From Obrimoposthia wandeli (Eukaryota), in the NCBI GenBank assembly GCA_977020255.1, contig CDROCS010000171.1:124001-188000 (forward strand): a stretch of 64,000 bases of DNA, read 5' to 3'. The notes under the pieces were generated by a model. It ran no database searches, was not told the DNA's origin, and saw only the letters and a program-made list of their open reading frames with translations. Shown here piece after piece: positions 40,251 to 52,879 of the stretch. How positions within the stretch are numbered: position 1 is the first letter of the stretch; the number at the start of each line of letters is the position of its first letter. The translations under genes were made by a program, and so were the position numbers.

Positions 40251-41588
40251 AAGTTAACCATCATTTAAAAATCAATAAAAGTTAATGAACAGAGCAATTT
40301 TTTAAAATAAATTTCTAGCAATGATTGATGTTTAATTCCCTTATGTTGAATTTTAGAATTAAAATGAACAACAACAAAAAATCATTTTTTTATCGGAATA
40401 AAAAGTTTCTGGAAAGTTTTGGATTTTTATTCATTTGTTTTGAAGATAAATTTCCAACATATTTATTCTTTTCAAAACTTTTTCTCAAATTTGAAATAGG
40501 CATAATGTTTTGCTTTAATACGAATATTTAGTGGGTCAATTTTGGTAAGCAGAATTAGCGATGTACCAAATTGTACCAAACATCCGGTTAATTAAATTTA
40601 AATAAATATTTTACAGTGGTTTAAGATTAAAATGAATTCTGCCGTTGTTAAAATAATATAAGAATTAGACAAATTACCATTTAATATTAAGCAATGTTTA
40701 CCTAAAAAACTTATCTTCTTTTTTATTTCTGCATCAGAAATTCATTGATAATGACCCAATCCAATGATTTAAAGTCTTTCATACAATCATTATTCAGGTA
40801 CTTGCTTAACAGTTTCAAACATGCAAACACGATGATAAATTATGCATCACAAAAACAATTGTCGTATTTATCACTATTCTAATAAGAAATAATTGATTTT
40901 AAAATATGATATTTTAACGATGGTATGTTAATTAACTAATATCTTACATTTTCTTGACTTTTTATGCACATAAACATCTAAATTCTGTTAAAATACTATC
41001 GATTGAGGTCATTTTTGACAGTGGCCCTAAACAGCTTTAAACGGCCATATGCAATTTATTTTATATAACTTATGTAACATATATTGATAGCGAATTAATG
41101 TCATTGTTACGACGATATTCTGTAATTTTTACTTTGTCCATATAAAAATCAGACAAATGCTAACAGATAATAAAAATTATCAATAAAATCAGCATCTAAC
41201 AAAATCAATGATGTAATTTAAACTGTTTAATTACCTACGATAGTAGTTATCCAGCCATACACACGTTGCAAAGAAAAGGGGCTTACTTTTTTCTAAAGCG
41301 TTTGTATTAAAATTGAATAGTGCTGTCATTTTAATTTAAATATATGGATAATATGGAAAATATATCCCCACACGAAGAAAGAAGGATATTTTATGAACTA
41401 TCATATGTTTCTGAAGATTCAGAGATTGTTTTATATATTCTTTCATTTAAAAAAAATTATAGGACTGATTGCAACTTTGATGTAAGTGTGGAAACGTTGC
41501 CATTCAGTGAAAAACAGAAGAATGTAGGTGTTTTTGATATTTAGACTTTTTAAAAGTAATTTAGAATATCCCCTATCTCAAAAAGACC

Positions 41589-41864
41589 GTGATTAGAGCA
41601 TATGAAAGAGGGGAAGACTGCCATATTCTTGCTCGACAGCTTCAAATAAAAGAACTTACAGTCCGGGCAAATTTCAGCAGATACAAGCAAACAAATATCA
41701 TCAGCTGGGGTTCAAGAAGTGGATTGAAATACATAATATTTCAAGATGTTGGCCAGTTGCTGCTATACCAGCTCATTCAAAATCATTTTATGACTCAGAA
41801 AAATGGCACAATTTCTCACTTCTCACGATGTCCTCTGAAATTGTTTAAATGTGCCGTTCGATAA
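41589..41864 (+). pseudogene. Tc1/IS630-like HTH fragment
   Basis: IRAYERGED..ILARQLQIKELTVRANFSRYK pattern. Confidence 0.4.
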
Positions 41865-42579
41865 TGTTTTATACTAAAATTGCTACAATATTATTTATAC
41901 AACTTGAGAGTAAATCAATATTTTCGATTTATTTAATTTAAAATAAATTGTGAAACATAATATAATGCCAAATGGACGTAGTTCTATAAGCACACCTGCA
42001 CTTTATGATGGCTAAAATATCAATTGTGAGTACTGTTACAATACTGATTTAAAATTCAGTTGCTACTAAATGGAATCCCATCCATTAGTCGCTATTAAAA
42101 ATGGATAGAGTGTGCGTTGAGTACATTCGTGACATTCAAAACTAGAGATAACTCTTTCCATGCTTTTGATTTACTTTTCATCGATTTGAAAATTATCGTG
42201 ACAATATTTAAATTAGTCAGTGATCCAACAAGTTTAATATTCAATTCTAAAAGGGATAATTGAACAATAATCGTTTTAGTTATGTGTTATTTAGGACTTC
42301 GATTTCATTGTCTTTGATTTTCTTTCCCAAAATGTATTTTCTCGAATAACAAACAAAGTTATACACGAATTGATTTTCACATTTTGAACTGACAGCGAAT
42401 AACTTTGGTAAAGATAAACCGAAATACTAAAAATAGTGAAATATCGATATCAATTAGTGGAATATAAACTCTAATTCTCGAGTTTTATTTTTATTCTTAC
42501 GTAATAGCTTAATCAATATATCAAAATTACAGAGTATTCCATAAATCACTACCACATAGAAATTTTTAACCAATAAGTG

Positions 42580-43150
42580 TATTTAATTACACTTTGTGAC
42601 ACAAATATTTACAATAATTACAACACAGGATATGTTCATTTGTCCATAGGATACACTTGCTAGCCCTTCTTTTCAATACGCAAATGAAGCCCAATATACG
42701 GTCATTAAAAGTTTGAAATAATTTTTCGTTGAAAGCTGCAGGAATTTTTGTGCAGCAATTATCATCAATTTGTTGACATTCTGGGTTTTCTGTGAACTAA
42801 ATCTAGGATTCAACCTGCTCAATAAAGCATTATCACCGATATCAAGTCAGACATTCTTGGTGGCCAAGGTATGGAGCAACTCTACCACCTGCCCTGAAAG
42901 GTTTCCATCGGGTATTCCTATATGACCACGACTGTGTGAGCCAGTTGAGCCTCTTGTTGGAAAGGGGATAAGAGTATTCCATTATCTTCTAAAGCAGAAA
43001 CAGAAATGTAACGGGAAAATCTCGATATAGCTACCTGCTGTTGGAGATATGCATCCTGGTGTTTTTGAAGCGGTTCTATACGATAGATTCCAGCAGAATG
43101 AAAATGTCCTGGCTATAGGGATATGCAGATATTCGGTTAAGAGAAAATCT
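42580..43150 (-). pseudogene. Possible Harbinger/HARBI1-like nuclease remnant
   Basis: Weak motifs (QDAYLQQ, LDIGDN, FNDRI). Confidence 0.3.
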
Positions 43151-43249
43151 ATTGATTGTGCTTATGTCAATAACAATTTCACAACTGAAGCTAAGACAGC
43201 AATCGATGACATTAATTTCTTGGAAAAAAACATTTAAACATGTATATTT

Positions 43250-43800
43250 AATTATTATCTTATTATTAGGTACAATACGTCAAAAAACATGAAATACTCA
43301 TATTACTTTCTAATAGTTTCCCCACTGTTGCGAACGTGAGCCAAGCTTTTCAGCTAGTAGTTTAAAAAGATGCAAATCTCTCATTAAGTCATTTAACTGA
43401 CCCTGATTTATTAACTAAGGTTCTCTAAATATTTCCATTTTACAATATGTTTCTGTAAAAATTTATTCCGATAGAGAAATTTTACATATTACAATGATCA
43501 GTTAATTAAACAAGATAATAAATATTACTGGCATTTTAGGCACAAAATCATATCTAAAATTTCTTGTGGATTAGATAGTGCCCCAAAATAATTATTTTCG
43601 AACGCACAACAATACATAGAAAATTTATTTTCATTAGAGGAAAAAATACTCTATATCGTTAAATTTTGTTTTATAAATAATTTATCCGGAAATTTATCAT
43701 TACGTTACATTTTCTTAAATTGCATTTTTGAAAGATGACCGTAGAATAGATACAAAAGTTAATTTTGGAACTTTCTTAACGTTTCAATTCCAATCTCGTT
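43250..43800 (-). pseudogene. Second Chapaev3-like transposase remnant
   Basis: QLNDLMRDLHLFKLLAEKLGSR resembles the ELNDLVRDLxLSKxxAELLGSRL motif. Confidence 0.45.
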
Positions 43801-44799
43801 ATTTATTCAAAAGCTGTAATTCGCTGGTGTGGGGATTAGGCATCTGTCATTAGGCCGGAATCGATATTACTTTAGAATTGATTAATTACCAGATCAGAAA
43901 TGACTTTCAATTCTAATTTTGGAGAACATTTCAAATTAATCCGACATTTTATTATATTTGCTCGCTGATATCAATCTCCTTATTGAATATCAATTGCTAG
44001 TCTCGTTACAAGATCTGATTTTATGATTATTTTATAGTCATACTCAGTTAACTAATCAGTGTTCCGTAACTGTTCTCCGGTGTGTCTGAAGTGCCAAAGA
44101 GCAAAATATAAGAAGTAAGAGTGACCGGTCATTCAGTGAATCAGTACTTAAATCTTTATATTCTAAGGCGTGGATACACATTCAAAGTTTCTAAGAAATT
44201 CCAGCAGGATGGGGTGCACAACGGGGCAGAAAAACGAAATGTTCTGTTGACTCTTTAAATAAAGTGAGAAAAGATTCTTTCTATCAGTGTGCTATTCCTT
44301 TGTATGTTTCAAGGAATTACAAATTTGATTCATATTTGAGAACTATTTGATGAAATATTTTCAAAAACATTTGTTGTTGCTCTCTTTAGACTATATGGTG
44401 GGTGAGCTCAAATGAGCAAATGAGCTTAGAAACGTTAAAAGGGTACATGGAATTCGAAATTTGGAATATTTAGGGTCATCAGAGGGGTTAAGGTTGCTTT
44501 TATACATTCCAAAGAGTTTGCATTGTCAACTTCTCCTTTGGAATAGTTGAACGACATTTTGAGGTTTTAAACCTGAAGAGATTTTACTATTCTAAGAGAA
44601 TCATTTCCCCAGCTTCTTAAAGAAACAGAAGGCAGTCTATTTTCCTTTCAAATATTGCAATATTCTCTATACGGTACAACCGACCAAATCAATAATTGCA
44701 CGCACGCCAATGTAATTAACCCGACTACAATAGACAGTATGCAAATCTTATAAAGTTCATTGCTTATCTGGTAGCCTATGCCATGTGATCTATCAGGCA

Positions 44800-45130
44800 G
44801 CTTCTCCAGTGTCTTGCTGTTGACCTCGCTGTACAGACAGCTAATGCGTCATCTAAAAATCAAAACCATATTCATCTCTGTAAACGTAACCTCTTTGATT
44901 GTGTGTGAATCGACAATACCGGCGACTCTTGTGTGAGAAAATGCTATTGGTACAATTAGAGGATCTTGAGAAATGTTTGGAAAAGACTGAAGAAAATAAA
45001 AGCTCCGGAATCTGTTCAAAGACCTTACACACATTCTGGTAAAATTCAAAAAGCGAACTTATTACCATAAGCTACGTAAAGCAGTGGGGAGCCTCGATGT
45101 GAACATTTGATTTGCGATTGCAGTAATTTA
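44800..45130 (-). pseudogene. Reverse-transcriptase remnant (LTR/DIRS-type)
   Basis: FYFLQSFPNISQDPLIV...MVLIF followed by LDD after a frameshift. Confidence 0.35.
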
Positions 45131-48100
45131 GACGATGAATGGCGAGATAACAGCAGAGAATGAAGAAGAGCTAGCGTCTTTTGCTGAGGAGTCTCGAGGA
45201 ATAATTAACAATGGAGCTTTGAAATTATTATTTCATCACATTTTCCAACTGTGTATTTTATATATGAAATAAAATTAAAAACAAAATATTATTATGGTTC
45301 TTCGTCGGGAAAAACATCTGCCACGAAATATCTACCCCCATAAAATTCCTTTTATTTATTTTGATCGCCCGCCATTTGTTCTGCTGCGACTCTAAGATAC
45401 ATTTTTACATGCCGTGTTTAGTTTGTTCTCTTGTTAATCGTTCTGCGCACGATGATTGTCGTGTTACGATATTTGAGTAATAGAAATAACAGTCACAGAA
45501 CAGGCATCTGCTTACCTCGACGGACCATTCACCCCGAGCTACTTGTATCTACATTTCCTATTAAAATGATGTACAACATCCGGAATACGGTTTCTGAATT
45601 GTGTATTTTCATTTATATTAGATTTTTTAAAATATTAATTAGCTTTAGAAAATTTATTTTTACTATATATTATATCTACTTTATGCCAATGGATTTTAGC
45701 GGATTTAGATTTTCAATAAATGTAACCGTATAACTATTAAAATTCTTTAAAATTATCGCTCGCCACCAATATTTTTATACTTAAATTCTCACCTTATTTA
45801 TCTTAGTTTGTCTTATTGTCTTACTCTAATAATGAAACATACTTTTGCGATAATCCTTAATTAATTTATATTGGTTTTATAGATAAATAATATTAGATTC
45901 ACAAGAAAACAATGTTTTTTCTCTCTGTCAATTGTTTTAATGTGATTTCTTAAAAAATCTTAATTAGAAGAAGTTTCATATGATTTATTCAACTTATTAA
46001 TTTATTTAGTTGTTATTTTAATATTTATAAAATTCATGTGGTTTGAAGATATTTAAAATTCATGTATTTTAAATTTCATATTTTAATAGAAATCAAATAA
46101 TTTTTATTTAAATTTTTAACTCTAAATACATGATAAATTAATCTCAAATTTTAAATAAACAATTTTTAAACAAAATATATTGAAATCTTTGTTAAATTTC
46201 TACATAAATAGACTGATAAAGTATATCAATGTTTTATTAATGGTATATTCAGTTGTAAGTTGTAATCATATATAATGTTTAACTCTGTCAAATTAATTAT
46301 ACTTCTAAAAAGGAGCTTCTTAAAATAATTTCAATGCATAGAAGAAGAAGTCATATTTATAACTTTTAATAATTTTGTGGCCGAATTCTTTAATGGTCTT
46401 TGATGGATTTTACCTTATACCAATGGTGAATATAATTGTATTGTTCATAAACTGGTTTTGTTTTTGAAGAGATTTAATACAAACGATCTTATGGTGATAA
46501 CTTCTAAAATTATGAGAAGGAATGTCAAACCTTTCAAACACACATTTTAGTTAACGAATTTTGAAAAGATTAAAAGATTTTGACATACCTTATGTTTTTA
46601 AATTTATCTTTCTTAATTGACTTTACAGGGAAACTAAATGATCAGACATGATTACTTCAGCAGCTATTAGTAATGTTAAAATCAAATTTTAAATATCTCG
46701 AATAAAGACATTTTTAATTATTAGATTTGGGGAGAAAATCCTGACATGACTACAAACAAAATGTATTTGCAATGTTTATCAAAATAATTTAAGTATGGTT
46801 AGAATTAATTGTCGACCTCGGTGGTTTTTCGAATTCTTTAAAATTTTATTTTAAATAATACAACTAGAAAATGAATTCTGCTGATAAATATACCAAAGAT
46901 AAAGTTCCAATTGTAAAAAAATATTCCTCATACGATGATATCTGGCTTGGATTTTGATTATTAAGCCAAATTCCCGCTTTTCAGATATAAATATCATAAA
47001 ATTCAAGGAACGAAATTATTTCAATGATGTTAGTCAATGTTTACGATAATTTTTTTAATACAGCATAATAGCGCATAAAAATCAAATTTATATTTAAAAT
47101 GGTATTTACTTTGAATTTAAAAAGTATTCTTGGCAAAAAATTAATATTAATTTTAATCAAAATAATTTCCTTAAAATTAGTGTGTCACAATATAGGCATG
47201 CAAATTTCAAACCTATTTTTAGACATACAATTTTAAACAAATTTTCACTTTGTACATTGACCTTTATTCAAAATAACTTCTTTAAACTACGTTTGATATT
47301 TTGGCATGTTAGTTTCATCATTTAATCAAACAAATCGTGCACTCTTATTCCTAAGTATTTCTTTAGTATCTTTTAGTAAGCCCAGATATTTTCTATGTGA
47401 TTTACATCTGTAAAATTAGGTGAACAAAATCGCAAAAATTCTAGGAATAATTCAAATAAAAATCTTGCTGGTAGATCCTGTCATTGTGCAATTTTGTTAA
47501 TGCATTTGTAAGTACATCTATGATATTATCAGAATTTGCATTTTTTTTGCACTTATGGTTTCTGCAATTTTTGGTTTTCTAACACATATACTTCGTCTGG
47601 ATGATAATCAAATTGAAGATTCATCTGAAAAGTAAACTTTATTTTAGTTAGAATTATCGTCCATTTTGTTAAGACAGATAAAAACATTAAAAATAAAACA
47701 TTTTCTTTTTTAATTAAAAACACTGACACAACTTTGATTCAATTCTTTTAAAGTGGCAATTTATTATAACTTAAAGTTCCGTGTTGATATTTAAAGTTAT
47801 AGTTATTCTAAATTTCTGAAGCTGTTTTAGCTATTTAACTTTCTATGTATATTATCAGAAACATCTTTTTAAAAATTGTCACTTTTGATTGATATTATCC
47901 CTCAAAATCCAGAATAACGTAAGAAATTGCACTTAGAGTCAGAATAACCTGATTAATTTAATTGTTCTATATAGTCTATTTTATAAATGAACGACTATGC
48001 CATGTAAATAGCCTTTGGATTTTTAAAAACTCTTCCTATTGTATGTGTTTAGATTCATATTATTATCTGCTATATTTAACATTATGTGGTATGATTTTCG

Positions 48101-48132
48101 TTTTGGAATTTTGGTTAATACGATATATTGGC

Positions 48133-48230
48133 AGTAGGTGGATGTGTCCGGTCTAATCCACACCCCCATCCCCCCCTACTGTCCTTTAAAACCGTGTAGG
48201 TGTGTGGAGTGAAATTTCGTGTATGTGTGT
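48133..48230. repeat. Left terminal inverted repeat of Polinton copy 2
   Basis: Reverse complement of 2217-2310. Confidence 0.9.
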
Positions 48231-48504
48231 CTCCATTCCATCCAAAGGGGGGAAGGAAGGGGTACCACCACCCCCACCATATTTGTTAAACTTTTACCAT
48301 GAATCTCAAAAGTGGTTAGAGAAGACCACGAGAATCCATATTGACCCCGACGGCTTTTCGCAGACGAGATTTCAAATATTACTACTAATTTTAAGAAAGA
48401 TTTTATATTAATAAATTACTACATGTTAAATATCTATGTCAGATCTATATAATTTAGAGAAGCAAAAACAAAATACGAGACAAAATTATTTTTCAAAATA
48501 TTTA

Positions 48505-48911
48505 TTAAACATAAAACAACATATTGGCTTCACTCAAAGTCCAGAGAGGCTGCATTTTCCCGTCATCAGCAAAATATTCATTCAGACGTATTGAGATATT
48601 CCATAGTTCTTCATCTAGAATTGGAGCAATCAAATATCCTAGATCATCTTTAAAATCCAGACTGGGATCAGTTTCAAGCTTGAAACAATTTCCTTCATAT
48701 ACATAATCAGGAATGAAAAATATCCCAAAATATTTTTCAGTTGATCAAAATCAGTTGTTGTTAAAATTTCGATGAGATATTTTTTCTCCACTTTTGATAT
48801 TTTCACAGGATTCATAACTCGTATAATTTGATGCCTCTTTAATATATTACATAGTTTTCCTTTTGAAATTCTTTCTGGATAATAAAAATTTGCTACACAT
48901 CTCTTATCCAT
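48505..48911 (-). pseudogene. Polinton OB-fold/SSB-like paralog 2 (1-nt frameshift near 48722)
   Basis: MDKRCVANF...LKRHQIIRVMNPVKI...DFDQLKNIL, then in a shifted frame FFIPDYVYEGNCF...DDLG...WNISIRLNEY...MQPLWTLSEA. Aligns with the 49045-49521 product. Confidence 0.6.
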
Positions 48912-49044
48912 TCTAAAATAAGGAAACTGATTAAAAACAATGTTTATAAAAAATACACATAAGATACAAATAAGATACAAATAAAACTGATTATTAAATG
49001 AAAGAAACATAGTAAAACCGATTACAATTTATTACACACAAAAG

Positions 49045-49521
49045 TTAAAACATAGAAATATGAGCACGTTCAATTTTCCACATAGGCAACTTTGTTCCCA
49101 TTTCATCTTTCTTGTAACCATAAAGTCGAATTGTTACAGTCCATTGGTTCTTTTTCGGAAACGCATCAATATCAACATATCTTCCATAGTCATCTAGAAA
49201 TGCTTCATCGGCTCCTCGGATATAAAATTCGTTCTTATTGAAAGTAAAATTCGGAACTGCCTTTTCTATTTTCTGTTTAAGATATTGAAAATCAGGTTTT
49301 TGAATACCTGATAGATAGTAGCTGAACTTTCTTCTTTCAATTGTCACAGGATTTACTAAAGCAATCAGCTGAGCCTTCTTCAAGAATCTGACTTTGTATT
49401 TGAAATATTGTTTCACTTCTTCATACATATCCTTATCCGATTCTTCAAACATTTCTTCGTCATCGCTTAATACCCGTTGGCTATCATCCATTGTTGATAA
49501 TTGTCTTTGATATGAATGCAT
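49045..49521 (-). CDS. Polinton hypothetical protein, OB-fold/SSB-like paralog 1
   Basis: Intact 158-aa ORF with upstream TATAAAA (49559-49553). C-terminal WTVTIRLYGY...PMWKIERAHI resembles the terminal OB-fold strands (inference). Confidence 0.65.
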   Translation of the reverse strand: MHSYQRQLSTMDDSQRVLSDDEEMFEESDKDMYEEVKQYFKYKVRFLKKAQLIALVNPVTIERRKFSYYLSGIQKPDFQYLKQKIEKAVPNFTFNKNEFYIRGADEAFLDDYGRYVDIDAFPKKNQWTVTIRLYGYKKDEMGTKLPMWKIERAHISMF

Positions 49522-49732
49522 TTACTGTGATTTGTCCTCCAATGGCGCATTCTTTTATACTAATTTCTAACAAAGACATTAATCTCATTGGTTAATATAA
49601 CTAAAGCATTGAATTTGATTGGACTAAATCTATATTAAAAATCAAAATTGATTGGAAGAAATATATCATCCAATTATAATAGGTTTGCAAGATAATTACA
49701 AGAAACGTGCAATAAAAAAGCAGGTTCAGACA

Positions 49733-49767
49733 TATATAAAGAAGATTTTACAGAATACAATTTCAGT
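49733..49767 (+). promoter_or_regulatory. TATA box + initiator for the TBP-like gene
   Basis: TATATAAA at 49733-49740 and TCAGT at 49763-49767, about 30 bp apart. Several CCAAT/ATTGG motifs lie in 49580-49680. Confidence 0.6.
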
Positions 49768-49770
49768 CTA

Positions 49771-50253
49771 ATGAAACTCGTAAATATAAATTATAAAGGT
49801 AGAACAGAAGATGATGTTTCGTACTTACCATTCAATGAATGGAAGCCGAGACAATATGTAGAAAAGTTTGACAATTTCACAGTTGTTATTTTTCCTACAG
49901 GTTAGTTTTTTATTTTATTTTTATATTGAATTCTTTAGGAAATTGTCGTGAGATGCAAAATACCAATGCTTGGGTTCAATTTACCATTTGGAATTCAAAT
50001 CACTGCAATACAATCAATCACGATTTCGGCTAATCTCGGGAAACAGATAAATCTTTTTAAAACAGCAGAGAAAATGAAAGAAGAATGCATGTTTGAACCA
50101 GAAAATTTTCCTGCTCCCAGTTATTTGAAGTTTAAACCGCTATGTGTAAATATATTTTCCAGTGGTAAAGTTATGATATTGGGATTGAAAAATTTTGATT
50201 ATCCAGACATAGTTGATTTGATTTTAGAAAATATATCTTATTACATCTTGTAA
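49771..50253 (+). pseudogene. TATA-binding-protein-like gene (two TBP repeats; 38-bp intron 49901-49938; frameshift near 49950)
   Basis: Repeat 1 MKLVNINYKG...TVVIFPTG|NCR. Repeat 2 FEPENFPAPSY...CVNIFSSGKVMILGLK matches the TBP YEPExFPGL...LIFxSGKVVLTGAK motif. Confidence 0.8.
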
Positions 50254-50296
50254 TCTTTTTTCTATAAACAAACCCCGTTTAAACTTATTGTTTCAA

Positions 50297-50569
50297 ATGA
50301 ATAATACTATAAATAGAGACAATGAAGTGGATCGGCTTGCCGATGAAATATTTTCTGGAAAAATCAGGGGTAAAGAAATTTTATCAGAATTAAAAAATAA
50401 TGATATAACAAGAGATAACATTGAAATATTGGTTAGATCACACGTTATTCGAGAATTTAGAAATCGTACACAAATAAATAAAATTATAGCCAAATATTCA
50501 TTAATTAATTTTTGTATTTCATCTACAATAGCTCTAACATTGTACATTTCAATAAGGAAACTTCTATGA
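50297..50569 (+). CDS. Small Polinton protein with C-terminal hydrophobic segment
   Basis: Open 90-aa ORF ending YSLINFCISSTIALTLYISIRKLL. Confidence 0.55.
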   Translation: MNNTINRDNEVDRLADEIFSGKIRGKEILSELKNNDITRDNIEILVRSHVIREFRNRTQINKIIAKYSLINFCISSTIALTLYISIRKLL

Positions 50570-50606
50570 TAATATAAACAATATTAAAAATGAAAGAGTA
50601 TATGCA

Positions 50607-51254
50607 ATGGAGCTAAATAATAATGCTGTATTTCAAATAGTTGGCCCAAGTGGAAGTGGAAAGACACATTTCGTCTGTAAATTGTTGCAAAATGAATCTC
50701 TTTTCAAATCTAGTTTCAAAAATATTTATTGGCATCATGGTGGAGGAGGGGAAAGCGGGTTAACCAAAACAGAAGTTTGCAAGTTGAAGGGTATAAAATT
50801 TATTGAAGGATTTGATGCAAATTGGTGTGAAAGATTGAAAAAAGAAGATGTAATAATAATTGATGATTTGTATGAGGAGGCTAACAAGGAATCGGACTTT
50901 AATAATTTATTTACAAAGATTGCAAGACATCGTGGAGTTACAGTTATATTTATCACTCAAAATCTGTTTCACCAAGGAGGTCACCATAGAACAAGAAATC
51001 TTAATGTACATTACTTAGTTTTATTTAAAAATCCTAGAGATCAAACAGTTGTTGATTTTGTGGCCAGACAGGCATTTCCTCAAAATAAGAACTTTCTAGT
51101 TGATTCATTCCACGATGCTGCTAAACAAGCACATGAGTATTTATTTATTGACTTTACACAAGCTTGCCCAGATGATTTACGTGTTTTAACAGACATATTT
51201 AATTCTAAGGGAGTAACTGTTTATAAACAAATAGAGAACAATTATAAAAAATAA
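50607..51254 (+). CDS. A32/FtsK-like DNA packaging ATPase
   Basis: Walker A GPSGSGKT, Walker B VIIIDD, and RHRGVTVIFITQNLF. Confidence 0.92.
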   Translation: MELNNNAVFQIVGPSGSGKTHFVCKLLQNESLFKSSFKNIYWHHGGGGESGLTKTEVCKLKGIKFIEGFDANWCERLKKEDVIIIDDLYEEANKESDFNNLFTKIARHRGVTVIFITQNLFHQGGHHRTRNLNVHYLVLFKNPRDQTVVDFVARQAFPQNKNFLVDSFHDAAKQAHEYLFIDFTQACPDDLRVLTDIFNSKGVTVYKQIENNYKK

Positions 51255-51261
51255 ATTCGCA

Positions 51262-51400
51262 ATGCCTTTTACAAAGTTGATAGTAAAACGTAAAGTAAAA
51301 TCTAAGAAATCAAAAAAAGAATCATTAAGAAAAAAGAAGTGAAAAAATTAATCAAATCTGTAGTTAAAAATAAAAAAAAACTTAAATGGCTTCGAATATA
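51262..51400 (+). pseudogene. Small Lys-rich basic protein (frameshift in A-run)
   Basis: MPFTKLIVKRKVKSKK, then in a shifted frame RIIKKKEVKKLIKSVVKNKKKLKWLRI*. Confidence 0.45.
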
Positions 51401-51432
51401 AACAATATTTAAATTGAACCTTTTTTATTAAA

Positions 51433-51762
51433 ATGAAGAAAATGCAAAGAAGCATACCCTATTTTAAAGCTTTAGTTAAAGCCTCTTCTAATAAGAGAAT
51501 GATTATTCTTAAAGCATTCCCATCCTTTGTTGTAGATGATTTATTGGAAGTTTTATATAATATAGTTTTGGGTCGAGTAAAAGTTGGAAATCGGAAAAAT
51601 ATATTAAAGAAATATAGAAAAACTCTTCTAGATATTGCTAATGTAAAAAGTAAAAAAAGGAAACGAAATATTATTCTTAAACAGAATGGTGGTTTCATAG
51701 GGGCTGTTATTCCAGTTGTTGCTTCAATTATCAGTAATATTATAGCTGCGACACGTTCATAA
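51433..51762 (+). CDS. Conserved Polinton virion protein with QNGG|F amphipathic C-terminus (adenovirus pVI/pX-like by inference)
   Basis: LLEVLYNIVLG...KQNGGFIGAVIPVVASII pattern typical of Polinton/adintovirus core genes. Confidence 0.7.
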   Translation: MKKMQRSIPYFKALVKASSNKRMIILKAFPSFVVDDLLEVLYNIVLGRVKVGNRKNILKKYRKTLLDIANVKSKKRKRNIILKQNGGFIGAVIPVVASIISNIIAATRS

Positions 51763-51790
51763 ACAATTATTTCTAAAATCAGCTAAAGAT

Positions 51791-52009
51791 ATGGGTGCTA
51801 GCCCTTCTTTACCTAAACTTAAATTTTCTTTCGATTCAAATTGTTGTAATGGAGAAGATATAATTCAATCCAAAAGATCCAATTGGCTACACAGGAGTTT
51901 CAAAATTAGCAAAAAGAACAAAACAAAATTACAAGAAAACGCAGAAATGGCTGAGCGATCAGTTAGCCTACAGTCTGAACAAGCCGATGAGAAGAAGGTT
52001 TCCAACTAG
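51791..52009 (+). CDS. Putative N-myristoylated small protein overlapping the integrase 5' end
   Basis: MGASPS fits MGxxxS. Open 72 aa in a different frame from the integrase. Confidence 0.45.
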   Translation: MGASPSLPKLKFSFDSNCCNGEDIIQSKRSNWLHRSFKISKKNKTKLQENAEMAERSVSLQSEQADEKKVSN

Positions 52010-52875
52010 AGCTTACAAAACCAGCGGTCCTAATAATTTATGGCAAATGGATTTGATGGAGATGATCCCATATTCTTCCATTAATAAGGGATATCGATAT
52101 ATTTTAACATGTATTGATGTATTTAGCAGGTTTGCTCGAGCAATTCCAGTTAAAGCAAAGTCTTCAATAGCTATGCTTGAAGCCATTAAAGAAATATTAA
52201 AAGAGGACATTCCACAAAATGTGCAAACTGATTTAGGAAAAGAATTTTATAATAAGCAAGTTCAATCATTATTTAAACAAAATAATATAAATCATTACTC
52301 TGTGTTTTCACAATATAAAGCAGTAGTAGAAAGATTTAATCGTACTCTAAGAGATCGAATAAAAAAGTATTTCACAAAAGAAGGAAATAAAAAATGGATC
52401 CAAGTTTTACCTAAAATAATACATGCATATAATCACTCTGAACATAGAGGTCTCAAGGGAATGAGACCTGTTGATGTTACTAATAAAAACTCTATGGACA
52501 TTTGGATGAACAGGAATAAAAAAGATAAAATTAAAAAAGCTAAATATAAGAAAAACGAATATGTTCGAATTTCGAAAATTAGCTCTACTCCATTTATTAA
52601 AAACTTTGATCAGAATTGGAGCGATGAAATATTTTGTATAAGTAAAATTGATCAAAAGAGTAATCCAATAATGTATACTATTAAAGATGCTGACAATAAT
52701 ATCGTTCACGGTAAATTTTACGAGCAAGAACTACAAGTAATATCAAATAAACCTAGCGTTTTCCGTATTCAAAAAATATTAAAATCTAAGGGTACAGGTA
52801 AACATAAACAATACTTTGTTAAATGGCATGGTTATTCAGACCCAACTTGGATATCAGCATCTAATATAATATTAA
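51849..52875 (+). pseudogene. int: rve integrase with C-terminal chromodomain (premature TAA at 51861-51863)
   Basis: MEKI*FNPKDPIGY...WLSDQLAYSL; catalytic WQMDL, QTDLGKEF and VERFNRTL; chromodomain KQYFVKWHGYS. Confidence 0.92.
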
Positions 52876-52879
52876 TTAT

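Noticed and set aside
45431-47900. Short AT-rich ORFs here and throughout 18200-48100 as host exons
   Set aside because: Low-complexity F/I/K/N/L content and no consistent splice or codon signal that I could support.
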